A stretch of 64,000 nt of DNA, from positions 110,112,001-110,176,000 of the forward strand of contig OZ024742.1 of the NCBI GenBank assembly GCA_964016885.1, in the 5' to 3' direction. Positions 25,847 through 38,162 of the stretch are shown in pieces. The DNA is from Eledone cirrhosa. Its lineage: Eukaryota. The notes below the pieces were generated by a model, which saw only the letters and a program-made list of their open reading frames with translations, was not told where the DNA came from and searched no databases. Every line of letters starts with the position of its first letter. The first letter of the stretch is position 1. The position numbers were made by a program, and so were the translations under genes.

Positions 25847-27552
25847 TATCTCCCCCCCCCCATTTAATTCAATGGCTCACATTTTTATAATGACATACTG
25901 TTTTTGTTTCATGGACAGACACACATATTTTAAGAAATGTTGGTTGTAAAATTCAATAGATTAGATCAACTGACGGCATTAGTTACAACCACTTGTTTTG
26001 AGTTCGAACCCTGCTCATGTCGATTCTGACTTAATTCATTCTAGAATCAATAAAATTAATACCAATCAAATATCGAGGTACGATTTATTCAGCTGTACTC
26101 TCTTCCAGTTTTAGAAATCATTTAGCTGCATAGATGTATTAATCTTTACTATGTTTATTTGACGTGTAAAGAAGATAACATTTACTTATTTTAGGCGTTT
26201 GGCTTAGTGGGCAGCACGTTCATGTTGCTATAGTTCCCTCAGCTGGAAAAAATGAGTTGCGACGTCACTGGTGCTACAATGTGCCAGTTTTCACGCCAGC
26301 CTCTCCTCTGGAGAACGCTGGCGTGAAAATTGGAGCCTGGTATGTATGGGTGACTGCTGGTATTCCAACTCCACCAAAAACACCTTTCCTGGGCTTGTTC
26401 CTCACAAAGGAAATTTCTAGGTACAAAATGATGGTCGGTCATGACCGAATGTCGTCTACGACATTCAAATACGTTGGAGGTGCGTGGGTTTGTTGTTTAG
26501 GATACTGGGTTCACATAAGGTTGTCACTTTGATCCCTAGCCCGGGCAATGTCTTAAGGCCTTCAGCAAAGCATGACATTTCACTTTGTTCTAATTCACTC
26601 TGCTGATAGTACTAGCAGCTGGAGATTAACCTTGTATTCTAAGTCACTTATCACAACATGATACTTGGAATACACTTTGGCCTGATGATCGCCTAGGTTC
26701 AAGAAACTTTATTTCAACTTGGACGGTTTTGAACCTAATTCAGAAATCATTATGGCTAACAGATGTATCAACCATTACTCTATTTATTTGCTGTGTAAAA
26801 GAAATAACATCTCCATATACTAACACATGGCCATACGGCCATACACGCACACATTCATAGATACACACATACACGGGCACAACCCTATGTACACACATGG
26901 ACACAGACACACACTCACACACACACACACACGGATACACACACAAAGACACACATTCAGGAACACACACACACACGGATACACAGACAAGGTTATACAT
27001 ACAGGAACACACACAGAAACACACACAAGTACATACACTTTTAGTTACACACATAGTCGCTATCAGTGTCCATGTCTCTTACTCAATCTGCCAGTCAAAT
27101 GCCATTGACTTTGATTTACAACCGTTCCTACGTTCCAATGCAGTTTTCTTCTCTAAAGCTGCCAGTGTTGTCTTTAGGGATGCTGCATATTTTGGCTGAT
27201 AAATGAAAAGTGGAGAAAGTTTTATACTGAAGCTGTTACACCTGGATTAGTCAGGTTTATGATCCATGTAGGATTGATGTTCTCTCTCTGATAGATAATA
27301 AGAGTGAATAACCGTTCGATAAATATCAGCCCGACTTCATTTACATATCAATCGTGGCTTTTTCTGCTAGATGTCTCTCAAACTCAGTCGATTTCTCTGA
27401 GAAGACCAACAAATTTATTGTCTCCTGCAGCAATCTTTCTTCGTTTCATTGTCACTATCGAATCATTTTATGTTGCACGAGAACAAATACACGTTGCCAT
27501 TGTCGCGCACATAAAAGGCACACGTTTTCTTTGTTCTCATTCCCAGGCATCA

Positions 27553-27713
<161 letters not shown>

Positions 27714-28014
27714 GAGGTAATCTTTCAGGCAAACAGATACATTCACACATACAAATATGTACATTCACAATCGTACATGTATACAGTTAGATACACACGA
27801 TCACATGTATACACAATCAAATATTCATACAATCAGGTACACATATACACATATACACACATTCCTTTACAAACACCCATACAAGAACACACATACACAC
27901 ACACAAGTACATACAGACATACACGCACAGCAGTTTCCTTTCAGAACCGTTCACACATACATACACAGCCAATTACTTATCCAATCAGGCGCGTATATAC
28001 TCACATTTCTTCAC

Positions 28015-28051
<37 letters not shown>

Positions 28052-28800
28052 TACCTAGGCTTTCTTTCAGAAATATCTATACACATACACACACACACAA
28101 CATCACATTCATACAATTAGACACACGCACACACATTACTTCATCCACACACACGCACAGATTTCTTTCACACACATTTATATTCCATTTCTAGTTTCTT
28201 CTCTATCTCTTTGTCTCTCAAATCCTTTCTTCATAAACACTCACAACCAAAATGCCATCTGCCATACACACTTCATAATTCTCTGCCTCTCACACTCACT
28301 CCCTGGGACTAAAATGTTCCGTCTAATGCAAAAACTCTCAATCTTTCGACCTCGCCCTCCCTCTCCTTTCTTCTTCTCTATCATTCATGCACGCACACAC
28401 ACAGGGAGTCATATATGTGCATATATATATATATATGATGGATTCTTATGTACCCATACACCACACATGAATACATAAATGCATTTTACCACACACTTAC
28501 GTACATAAGGGTTCTTCTTTACATATGGCGTGAACATGCAATGATTGAATAGGAATAACATTGTTATAGATGAAAATCTAGCACAGAAGTGGGAAGAATA
28601 GGTCTTTGGAACATTTCATTGATTTCAATGCCGAGGTTTCTATTATCACCGTTAGATGATTGAGGAAAATCAAACAGAGCGAACGAATGCCGATCTTTGG
28701 ACTCAGGTGACGAAATCGTAGCCTAGCAACAATGTCATAAAACCACTAAAATCATCATCATCACCATCATCATTATCATCATTATTATCATCATTCTTAA

Positions 28801-28990
28801 GGGCGGTGGATTGGCAGTATCGGTAGAGGTCGGACGCCATGCTTTCCAGCATAGTTACGTCCCTTTACGATCTGAATTCAAATCCCGCCGAGGTTGACTT
28901 TGCCTTTCATCCTTACGGGGTCGATAAAATAAAGTACCAGTAATGCACTGGGTAATTGCTGGCCTTGTGCCTAAAGTAGAAACAATTATT
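28801..28990 (+). mobile_element. Full-length tRNA-derived Nin-domain-type SINE with 20-bp TSD
   Basis: A box-like tggcagtatcgg, B box-like gaattcaaatccc, Nin-like core gcctttcatccttacggggtcgataaa...gtaccag, ATT tail. TSD attattatcatcattcttaa at 28781-28800 and 28985-29004. Confidence 0.92.
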
Positions 28991-29242
28991 ATCATCATTC
29001 TTAAAGTTTATCAGCTCACTGTAAAGCAAAAACCTCCCCAAACTGGTGCCAATTTTCCTAACCCGTGCAGCTTTCACCCCTGTAACGTCCATAAATATAT
29101 CTATCTCATTTCTTTACTTCATTCTTTGCTTTTCTCTACTATATGAACTCGTCCCTCTTGGTCGTCATTCTGTGAACATATTTGTCCATCTGTTGTCATT
29201 TGTTCATGCCACATGCTTTGCCCACTCCCATATACTCTTCTT

Positions 29243-29362
29243 AATAATTGTTTCTACTTTTGGCACAAGGCCAGCAATTACCCCAGTGCATTACTGATAC
29301 TTTATTCTATCGACACCGTAAGGGTAAAAGTCAAAGTTAACCTCGGTGGGATTTGAACTCAA
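29243..29362 (-). mobile_element. 5'-truncated SINE, same family
   Basis: Reverse complement of the 3' 120 bp of the 28801 copy. Confidence 0.88.
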
Positions 29363-30164
29363 TAACTACTATAATTCCCAATATCTCAGAAATAGCAGAC
29401 ATATCTCCCTTCCAAGCAAACAAAAAGTCATAGTTTTTTTTTATCGTTTAGTCTGAGAAGGAAATACAGATACAACAACTCATTACTTTTTCATGGTCTC
29501 CGAAACTGATAGTATGGAAGAAAGGAGGGAGGGAATATCAGGTATCAGGTATCATCAAACCGAAGCCTTGACTTGGACGGTTGCAACTGATTGAATTCCA
29601 GTGGAAGTATCCAAGGAAAATATGATGATGTTAAACTGGTGACCAAATATATCTCGTACTTAGTGTACTGTTAAAAGATTTTCCCTTGTTGAGAGGCCTA
29701 TCAAGCCGGTTCTCATCCTGGTGTCATTCACATTAAAAGACCGAGAGTACAATATTGTTCTTTAGATAGGACGCTAGTCTATCGAAGGATTAATCTATAG
29801 ATGTCGCTGGTATTCATTTAGAGTAGAATAAAATAATGCGGAATGAATTATCTTGCTAAACAACGCAACTCACGTTCCAGTTAAGGTATCGAAACAACGA
29901 CTATGATCATCATGAGACTGACACTAACCTCAAAGCCCCCTTTTCAATATACTGAAGAGATCCATTTGATTAACTACTCCCTCCTTCCTCCCATATATAA
30001 CACATTTGCCAATGTTAGAAATTATTACCAATCATGTTTATTGATTTATCTTTCCCTAGTCTCTCCAAAACTGAAAGTGAAACTACATAATTTATTTTTC
30101 TGCTTCGGCATTGAACCGATAATTTATTTAGCAACAGAAAACTATTACCACTATCATTATGTAT

Positions 30165-30353
30165 TGGCGGTGGATTGGCAGTATCGGTAGAGGGTCAGAC
30201 ACCATGCTTTCCAGCATAGTTACGTCCCTTTACGATCTGAGTTCAAATCCCGCCGAGGTTGACTTTGCCTTTCATCCTTACGGGGTCGATAAAATAAAGT
30301 ACCAGCAATGCACTGGGATAATTGATGGCCTTGTGCCAAAAGTAGAAACAATT
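30165..30353 (+). mobile_element. Full-length SINE, same family
   Basis: Near-identical to 28801-28990. Confidence 0.9.
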
Positions 30354-32029
30354 ATGTATTATCACTATTAAACAAAATTAAAATAAAAGAAATCTTTATA
30401 ATAATAATAATGATAATAATAATGATAATTATTATTATTATTAGTGCTGTTTTTATTATTTTTATTGTCGTTATTGTTAGAGGATGTTGTAGTAGTTATC
30501 TTGGCAGAGGTCAGTCATGGTTGTGGTGGTTATGGTACTGTTAAGGAAAGTGAAGTAAAGGTAATGGCGTACTAGAGCAGTATAATTGTTTCCATAACTT
30601 TCAATTAGTTTTTCCTATTGTAAAAAGCCACCTTCGTTCTGACATGTGTTTAATTTGTATTTGCTGGCACCGGAACCATATTACTTGGCTTCTTTCTATT
30701 AACTCATCCAACACACAATTCTGTCTATTTTTATCTCAGTCTGTGTTTGTCTGTCTGTTGGTTTGTTGGTCTGTTCGTATTACTTTCTTTTCCAATTCTC
30801 TCCTCCTCCTCCCAGGGAGAGCTTTATGCTTTGCAAACTTATAACTGGTCTTAAACTCTATCCTTTAAACTTTTATCACTCTCTCCCACTTTCTTTCTCC
30901 CCTCTCTCCCTATGTATGTATGTATGTATGTATGTATGTATGTATGTATGTATGTATGTATGTATGTATGTATGTATGTATGTATGTATGTTAGTATGTA
31001 TATTTCTGTGTTTCTCTTCCTTTCTTCATGATACACTATTTGTCTTTTTTATTCTATCTCTCACTCTTTCCCCACTCTCTCTCTAACATTCTCTCTCTCA
31101 TATAGTAATTCTTTTCTATCTCATCTCTTTCTTTCAATCTCTCTCATTCACGATTCCCCATTTTCTTGTGTTCTATACATATCCTTTATCTTTTATTTTC
31201 TATCCTTTTCTGCGATTTTGGCGTAAGAACAAACTAAATATATAACCGACATTCAAGTTGCTCTACCACTGTCATAGCTCTATAGTTATATAAAGAAACA
31301 GCTAAAATACGAAGGAAGGGAAAGGTGAAACAGAAAATCAGAAAGCAATAGAATAGAATACAATTTATTGGAGATAGTCGCCAACTTTTCTTTCATTTCC
31401 ATTTAAAATTCAATATTCGAAATATATATTTAAAACAAAATATACCGTAATTACCAGAGGCCGTTTTAGAATCAAGAAACTTCTATTTACAATTTAAATA
31501 GACGTTATCATTCTTTGATTGGCAACTATGGTGGCATCGCCACTTCATCGATTTGATTCGTTGATATTCTTACACGTTTCTATACAGCTAATTGATAAAA
31601 AAACACACACGTAGAAATTGCCAAATCATGGAGGTCAGCGCTGTTGAATCCTGTCTGGCATTGAAATAGGTAATTACTTGGCAATTAAACAGGCAGTCGA
31701 AACATCTGCCTGTATGTATGAGAAATACATTGTTAAATGCAGATAATTGAGAGTGCAGAAACATCTGTTTGTTTATTAACAACACTTACAATATATTTCT
31801 TATTTTTATATATTTTATAATATTTCCTCTTATAATCTCGTTTGAAAGGTGAGATCCAAATGAAGTACTGCTTTCACATCTGGAACAGTAACAACAGCAG
31901 TAGGAAGTATTGACCCTGCACAAAGCCCATGTGAGATCCTCATTGATCTACTGCTCCAATATTTCGGATACTGCAGCACAACAGCAACAACAGTAACTGT
32001 AGTAACTACTGACCCTGTATAAAGGGAAT

Positions 32030-32631
32030 GGTTCTACAAGAGAAGGCATGACAACATTGCAAGATTAGTTCATTGGAAGCTCTGTCATAAATATGACATG
32101 AGCAGAAGTGAGAAATGGTATGAGCACCAACCAGAAAGTGTGGCTGAAAATTAATAATACAAGATCTTGTGGGACATAACCATCTAGTGCGATCATTTTG
32201 TCGTGGCCAAAATGCCTGACATTGTTGTAAAAAAGAAGAATAACAAGGAATGTATTGAGGATATTGCTTTACCGTGGGACCACAGGGTGGATGAGAAGGA
32301 AAGTGAGAAAGTTGAGAAATACCAGAAGCTGAAGAGAGAAATCAGAGAACTGTGGAGAGTCAGGCACGTGGAAGTGGTACCAATTGTGGTTGATGCACTG
32401 GGAGCAGTTAGTAGAAGGTTGGATCCATGGCTTGAGAAGCTAGGAATTACCACCAGGACAGGATTGTTGCAGAAAACAGCCTTTCTGGCAACAGCAAGAA
32501 TTCTAAGAAGGGTGATGGAAAGGTGAAGGAGAAGAAATGAAAAGCACTTTGACCATAGGCTATGGTTCGCTCGTTTGGTATAGTGTCGGTATAACATCTG
32601 CTAGAACAAAAGCGTTACGAATAATAATAAA
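32030..32631 (+). mobile_element. R4/Dong-like non-LTR element, 3' end (REL endonuclease)
   Basis: YKRRHDNIA..VHWKLC..KWYEH.PE, ILWD, PDIVV..DIALPWD..EKVEKY, VVPIVV.ALG, LQKTA.LATARILR; ends at aataataataa. Confidence 0.85.
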
Positions 32632-33010
32632 GCTTTCTTTATTAGCCCCACAGGGCTCACATTAAGGAGACGTTAAAGACAGTACAGGTCGATGCAGTGT
32701 TTTTTTTGTGTAAAATAGAATTTATAACAGAGATTAAGAAAATAAACATTTAACTGTATGACAGGTTCCGTCTAGATTTCCCGACATGGAAAAACCGCAT
32801 CGGGTCATCCAGATCGTATCTAGAAAGGGTCTTCTGACAGGATATAGATAAGACTAGCATAGGATTTCCCCTTTTCAAGATGGTCGGCTACACAGACCAC
32901 AAATTTGTGAGCTGCATGGTCCACCTAAATAGGCGTCGCTCCCGGTGCGTAAAGACTACAGATACCAGATTAGCGAATTAGTTAATCAGGGGTTGACAGG
33001 GGCATTGTGA
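32632..33010. mobile_element. Tx1 debris: 3' UTR on - (32632-~32745) abutting an APE fragment on + (~32758-33010)
   Basis: ttctttattagccccacagggctcac is a 3' end on -; aaaccgcatcgggtcatccagatcgtatctaga matches 44419-44451. Confidence 0.75.
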
Positions 33011-33384
33011 TTCCTTTTATTGGCCACCAGTGAATAATAGTTATAATAATAATAATATCTTGGGCCCTTATGATCAGTGGAAAAAATGATAATTATTATT
33101 ATTTGTGTTTGATCTCTTCTTTCAGTTTGGTTTCCATTTCTTGCCGTATGTCTAGAGCAGAAAAACTCACTGCATACATTAATAAGCCACAAAATAAACA
33201 CACCAGATTGTTTGCGTTATGCACTTGTCACAGTTATAAGTATATCATTTCTCTGTTTAAAATCATATTTACAACAGAATGATATTCAATTATACAAGAA
33301 TGATCAATTAATTACAACTTACATAATTATGGAATATAAACTATAAAGTTATGTAAAAATAAATTACATAGATGATTAGCTTTC

Positions 33385-34830
33385 TCACAGCGATAGTGCT
33401 CTTCTCAATACGTGTGCTGTAACAGTTAAAACATTTTTTTACTCTTCTTGCAGTAATGGCCAGAGATAATTCTAAAGTAATTTTTTCTTGCTCCTACAAT
33501 CACTGGTATTGTAACCACTTTGAGATGCCACATTTTTTCAATTTTAATCAGCAAATCTATATTTTCTGGACTTGTCAAATTCTTTTGCCGCATTATTGTG
33601 ATCACATGGGATGCCCATATCAATCAATGAACATACTTTGTTATTTTGGTCTTTTGCAATAATATACAGTCTGTAAGCTTTGATGGTTCTGTCTCTGTGT
33701 ACAAGAAAGTCCCAAAGAATCGTTACGTTTACTCCCCCAGTTACAGCCTCAAGATGATGCTTATACCACTTGTCATCAGTTTTGAGTTTATAATGCCGAC
33801 ATATTAACCAGTGTAGATATTGGCCAACACCGTCATGCCTAGATTTATACTCCACTGGTGCTAAAACTTTACATCCAAAGATTATGTGGTCCTCTGTTTC
33901 AATCTCATCATTGCAGAATCGGCACTTTGGATCTACTCCCATTTCTGACCACATTGGTTGATAGTTATGAGTTTATAAGCTTTTATCTTAGGCAGTTCAG
34001 ATGAAGCTTTCACTCTCTTCCCTCAGACCTGAGCTATGTAGCCACTGTTGAGTGTGCTTCTGGTCAGCACCAGCTTGTTTGCTATGGGCTTCATATTTGC
34101 CATGCAGATATTTCTGATCGCATCTTGATGTAAATTGCTCATGCATTTTTTCTTACCTTCTTAGGCACCAATTGTACTTGCTTTGCAGTAACAGTTGCCA
34201 TAGTTCCCTCGATCTCTCCATCCTGGATATTAGTATTGAGATCAGTTGCAATTTTTTTGCTCTCATTAAAGATCGAATGAAGCTTCTTACTCCTCTCATG
34301 TTTTTCAACGAGTTTCAGCATCCAGTCGTTTGTTGCTTCAGGATATTTGACCAGTCAAATTGTGGTGGTTTTGTAAGACAGTTCAAACTGAGTGAAGCCT
34401 TTGCCTCCTTGAGTTCTGAGAAGGTAAAGGCAATCTACATCTGAGTGGTGCATCTTATTATAAGTCAGCAACTTACCAATTTTTGAACCAATTCTCTTTA
34501 TTCCACTGATATTCCAGTTCAACACATTGAAGCTACAACTAACAACTGGTACTGCTAATGAATTTATAACACCTTGTTATGTGCATTTAGCTCAGATTTC
34601 AAAACTGTTCGTACACTCCTATAACATTCCTTCATTATCGTCTCTTGCATAATGCCAAATGCCGGAGCCTCCAATTATACCTAGGTATTTATAAGTTTGT
34701 TTCTGCTCAAGTTCTTTTATAAATATTTCAACATCCAGTTCGACTGAATTTGAGTTTATAAACTTCCCTTTCTTGAAAGTGGCCTTGGAACACTTATCAG
34801 GCCCGAATTCCAAATTATTATATTTCCAAG
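33385..34830 (-). mobile_element. R4/Dong-like element fragment (RT C-terminus, CCHC, REL)
   Basis: LEFGPDKC, YKYLGI, CRFC..ETEDHIIFGC..EYKSRHD, ILWDF, KY.DL..EKMW, IPVIVGA. Confidence 0.85.
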
Positions 34831-34839
34831 TAGGCATGA

Positions 34840-35400
34840 CTTTTAAAGTGTTCCAAAAAGTGGGCTGGGCTAACGTTCTTTAACTAGCTTTGGAAACTCT
34901 TCGAGATAGTATCTAGTGACGATGGAGACGACCTTGTTCTCATGACAGTCCCAAATCTTTTTCAGTTCCCACTTTAGATCCTGTTACGGGTTAATTTTCT
35001 CCTTTACCTTTTCTTGCACTCTTGTGTCAAGAAAGGTCATTTTTTTCTTACAAAAACCACTAGGTCAAGCCTATTGTGTTCTAATTCTTTGTCTCTTTGT
35101 ATCCTGAAATCCCATAAGACCTTCACCCGATCGTTTTCTATCACCGCTTGTAGCTCATACCATTTTTCAGAATGTGGTAAATTATTCAGTTTGCATAAAT
35201 GCCAGTAGATCACTTTTTTCTATGATATCATGCCCCCATCCTTTATAATTAGTCTGGGCTATGTGCTAAAACTGGAATACAATGTCAGCCACAGTTTCCC
35301 CTCTCTTTCCACAGATCTTACAGATCGGGCTAGCCTCCTCCTTGTCAATATGATGTTTCATCCACTTCGTTCTAAGAGATTGCTCCTGTGCGACCAGGAA
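34840..35400 (-). mobile_element. Third R4/Dong-like fragment (CCHC-REL)
   Basis: AQEQSLRTKW..CKICGKRGETV, VLWDFRIQRDKELEHNRLDLVV; frameshifted. Confidence 0.75.
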
Positions 35401-35425
35401 GAAAACGAAAAAGACAAATTCTCCA

Positions 35426-35462
<37 letters not shown>

Positions 35463-36391
35463 ATATATATATATATATATATACATTCGGTATACAAGGA
35501 TGCAATTCACTTCTCAACGTCATATTACTTCCTAAAAACAAGGATGACGGAGTATATTAATAAAGAGGAAAATGCGAAGCTGAAGATGTTAGGGTTTTTA
35601 TTAATTGAGCCGTTATACATATTTCAATTAACATTTCTGAGGCAATTTTAGGTGGAAAGGAGCGGACTAAAAAAATGTGTGTCCGCTCCCTTCTAATTTT
35701 CAGATCATCCCGACAGCACTGTTTAGTCGCAGGGGTGTGGGTGGCTGAATACTAAACTACAACCGAGAATACCACCAACCTTATTTGTTCTCTCTAGCTA
35801 CCAGTCCCCCACCTCCTCGGCCCACAACTCGATATGGTCAGTGGGAGTTCAAACCGGCCCAAATTTATTTACTGCTAGCTTTAGTAACCAGTAGGATTTT
35901 AGTGCATTCGTTCTCGCTATCTGTTTATGGTGGGATAATATACAGACCATCAACCCCAAAGTGAGAAAGTTACCTACTGCTATGGTTAATATAACTTATC
36001 ATAGAAAATATTTAAGGTTTCAAAACCCGGAAAAAAAAAAATTTCAGACGTTAAAAGTTAAGAGTTAGAAGTCCAGAGAACTAGACAACAGTCAATATGC
36101 TAAGAATAATATCTAACTGGTAAAATGTATATTCGTATTTGTGATTGGGTTCAGAGCTGGATATTAACTTGTTATGACACCCCCATTGGAAAATCTGGCC
36201 TCTTGTTGTGAATGACAGGTAATATTTAAAGAATCTAATGTAAAAATTAAACAATCCTGCAGTTGGTATCCCGGTCAATCCAGTGGAGACAAATAATACA
36301 TTGATAATTTAAAGAAAAATGTCAGAAAAGCTACAAATGAGTAAGGAAGAATGGGGAAAAAAGATGATTATAAAGAAAATAAAGAGAAAAA

Positions 36392-36422
<31 letters not shown>

Positions 36423-36466
36423 TCCCCAGCATCGCCTCAGCCGGATGGCTGGAACAGGTAAAAGAG

Positions 36467-36561
<95 letters not shown>

Positions 36562-36615
36562 GTGGAGAAATATATAAAGGAGAACAAACCGATTAAAACA
36601 TGTTTATTTAAAATA

Positions 36616-36655
36616 GCACCTACGTACGTTTCGCCCGAAAGGGCTTCTCAAGGGC
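36616..36655 (-). ncRNA. Minimal hammerhead ribozyme, U3-A8 variant (mirror copy)
   Basis: gccc UUGAGAA GCCC uuuc GGGC GAAA CGUACG UA gg(u)gc. Confidence 0.72.
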
Positions 36656-37053
36656 ATAAAAAACTAAAAAGCGTTCCTTACATGAGACGGAATGGGTTTT
36701 TAGAAATAAGTTCACGTCACAGGCAGGCGCTGCAAAAAACATTCGGAAACTAACCATGCTTCCCAGACCCGGCACGAATCGACCCAGGCGGGCAGGCGTA
36801 GCAAACAAACATCTGGAAACTAACGTTGCATACCTGACCCTGTACGTATCGACAATGGTAAAGCAGTAACCACAAAGTAATAACGGATAAAAAGTCGCCT
36901 GGAGAATACTTCTCTAACACCGGTTAGGGTTATCTCCCTTGACCTACTGCAAAATCAATACGTGTTTTTTTTTTACGAAGAATGAACTGTGACGTGAACT
37001 TATTTCTAAAAACCCATTCCGGGTCATGTAAGGAACGCTTTTTAGTTTTTTAT

Positions 37054-37093
37054 ACCCTTGAGAAGCCCTTTCGGGCGAAACGTACGTAGGTGC
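37054..37093 (+). ncRNA. Minimal hammerhead ribozyme, U3-A8 core variant
   Basis: accc UUGAGAA GCCC uuuc GGGC GAAA CGUACG UA ggugc. Palindromic stem III ACGUACGU, GUA triplet; stem I is short. Confidence 0.72.
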
Positions 37094-37298
37094 TATTTTA
37101 AATAAACATGTTTTAACGGTTTGTTCTCTTTTATATATTTCTCCACGTGCTTCCGCTCTGCTAATTCTCTCGCCCACTAGATATTAACACTTCTAATATT
37201 TAACACTGCAGACACAAGCATTGAGCACCCTTTGCATTTGCTATTGGCAAATAACTACATGTATCGCCTATCTCTTCTTCTCTCTCTCGATACTTAAT

Positions 37299-37384
<86 letters not shown>

Positions 37385-37389
<5 letters not shown>

Positions 37390-37577
37390 AGAAAGTATGA
37401 CCCCGACGGCAGAGCTGAAGCCGTTTCGACGGCTATTCCTGACTCCAGAAATAGCCGTCGAAACGGCTTGAGCTCTGCCGTCAAGGTCATACTTTCTCCT
37501 ATTACCCACTCTACTATCCTAAGTATTGAGTACTCTGGTGCGTTATGGTCCATCTGGTTCCTTACAACAACTCCTTC

Positions 37578-37580
<3 letters not shown>
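37385..37580 (-). mobile_element. (TA)n-flanked fold-back element, copy 2 (palindrome 37385-37502)
   Basis: Homologous to 7090-7324 in opposite orientation. Confidence 0.85.
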
Positions 37581-37622
<42 letters not shown>

Positions 37623-37624
<2 letters not shown>

Positions 37625-37847
37625 CGAAGGATATGTGGTAAGGAATCAGGTGGACCATAACGCACCAGGGTACTCGATACTTTGGGTAGTAGAGTGGGTA
37701 ATAGGAAAAGGTTCAGGACGCCGACGGCAGAGCTGAAGCCGTTTTGACGACTATTTCTGGACTAAATTAGATTTTTCAAAAATCTAATTTAATCCAGAAA
37801 TAGCAATCGAAACGGCTTGAGCTCTGCTGTCGGGTCCTGAACATTTT

Positions 37848-37852
<5 letters not shown>
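37623..37852 (+). mobile_element. (TA)n-flanked fold-back element, copy 3 (palindrome 37701-37852)
   Basis: Homologous to 7090-7324; head-to-head with copy 2 across a (TA)n tract. Confidence 0.85.
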
Positions 37853-37894
<42 letters not shown>

Positions 37895-38110
37895 CAAACT
37901 TTATGATATGAAATCGTGTGTCGAAACAAATATTGTTATACTTGGGGAGGGTCATATTGTTTTAATATTGCCAGAAATAATAACAGAACACACTCACTGT
38001 TTGGTTGGTTTTCGCTTCTGTATCTTTTATATCTCCATAGTTAATTTATTTGGCAAGCAATGTTTATCATTTAACCAGCGGTTAAAAATACAGATATAAA
38101 TATATATATA

Positions 38111-38162
38111 TAGTCTATCAAAGTTCTTTCGTTGCACATCTGCAACATCATCAGTGGTACTA
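38111..38162 (-). ncRNA. Minimal type I hammerhead in 3' pLTR
   Basis: uagu acca CUGAUGA u GUUGCA gaug UGCAAC GAAA G aa C UU ugau ag acua (one stem I mismatch). Confidence 0.75.

Larger units (their letters stand above)
36561..37147. mobile_element. (TA)n-adjacent inverted duplication (~160-bp arms) with a hammerhead in each arm; probable PLE pLTR derivative
   Basis: cgtggagaaatatataa...gttcacgtcacag (36561-36722) vs ctgtgacgtgaac...tatatttctccacg (36987-37147). Confidence 0.85.

Noticed and set aside
28567-28722. Open frame on - (ATISSPESKDRH...VLDFHL*) as a terminal exon
   Set aside because: Weak acceptor, no homology recognised, and a length compatible with chance.
28801-28890. tRNA gene
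   Set aside because: A/B boxes belong to a multi-copy SINE head with body, tail and TSD; no convincing cloverleaf.
36050-36290. Possible LINE 3' remnant on -
   Set aside because: The resemblance is too faint to assign a family.
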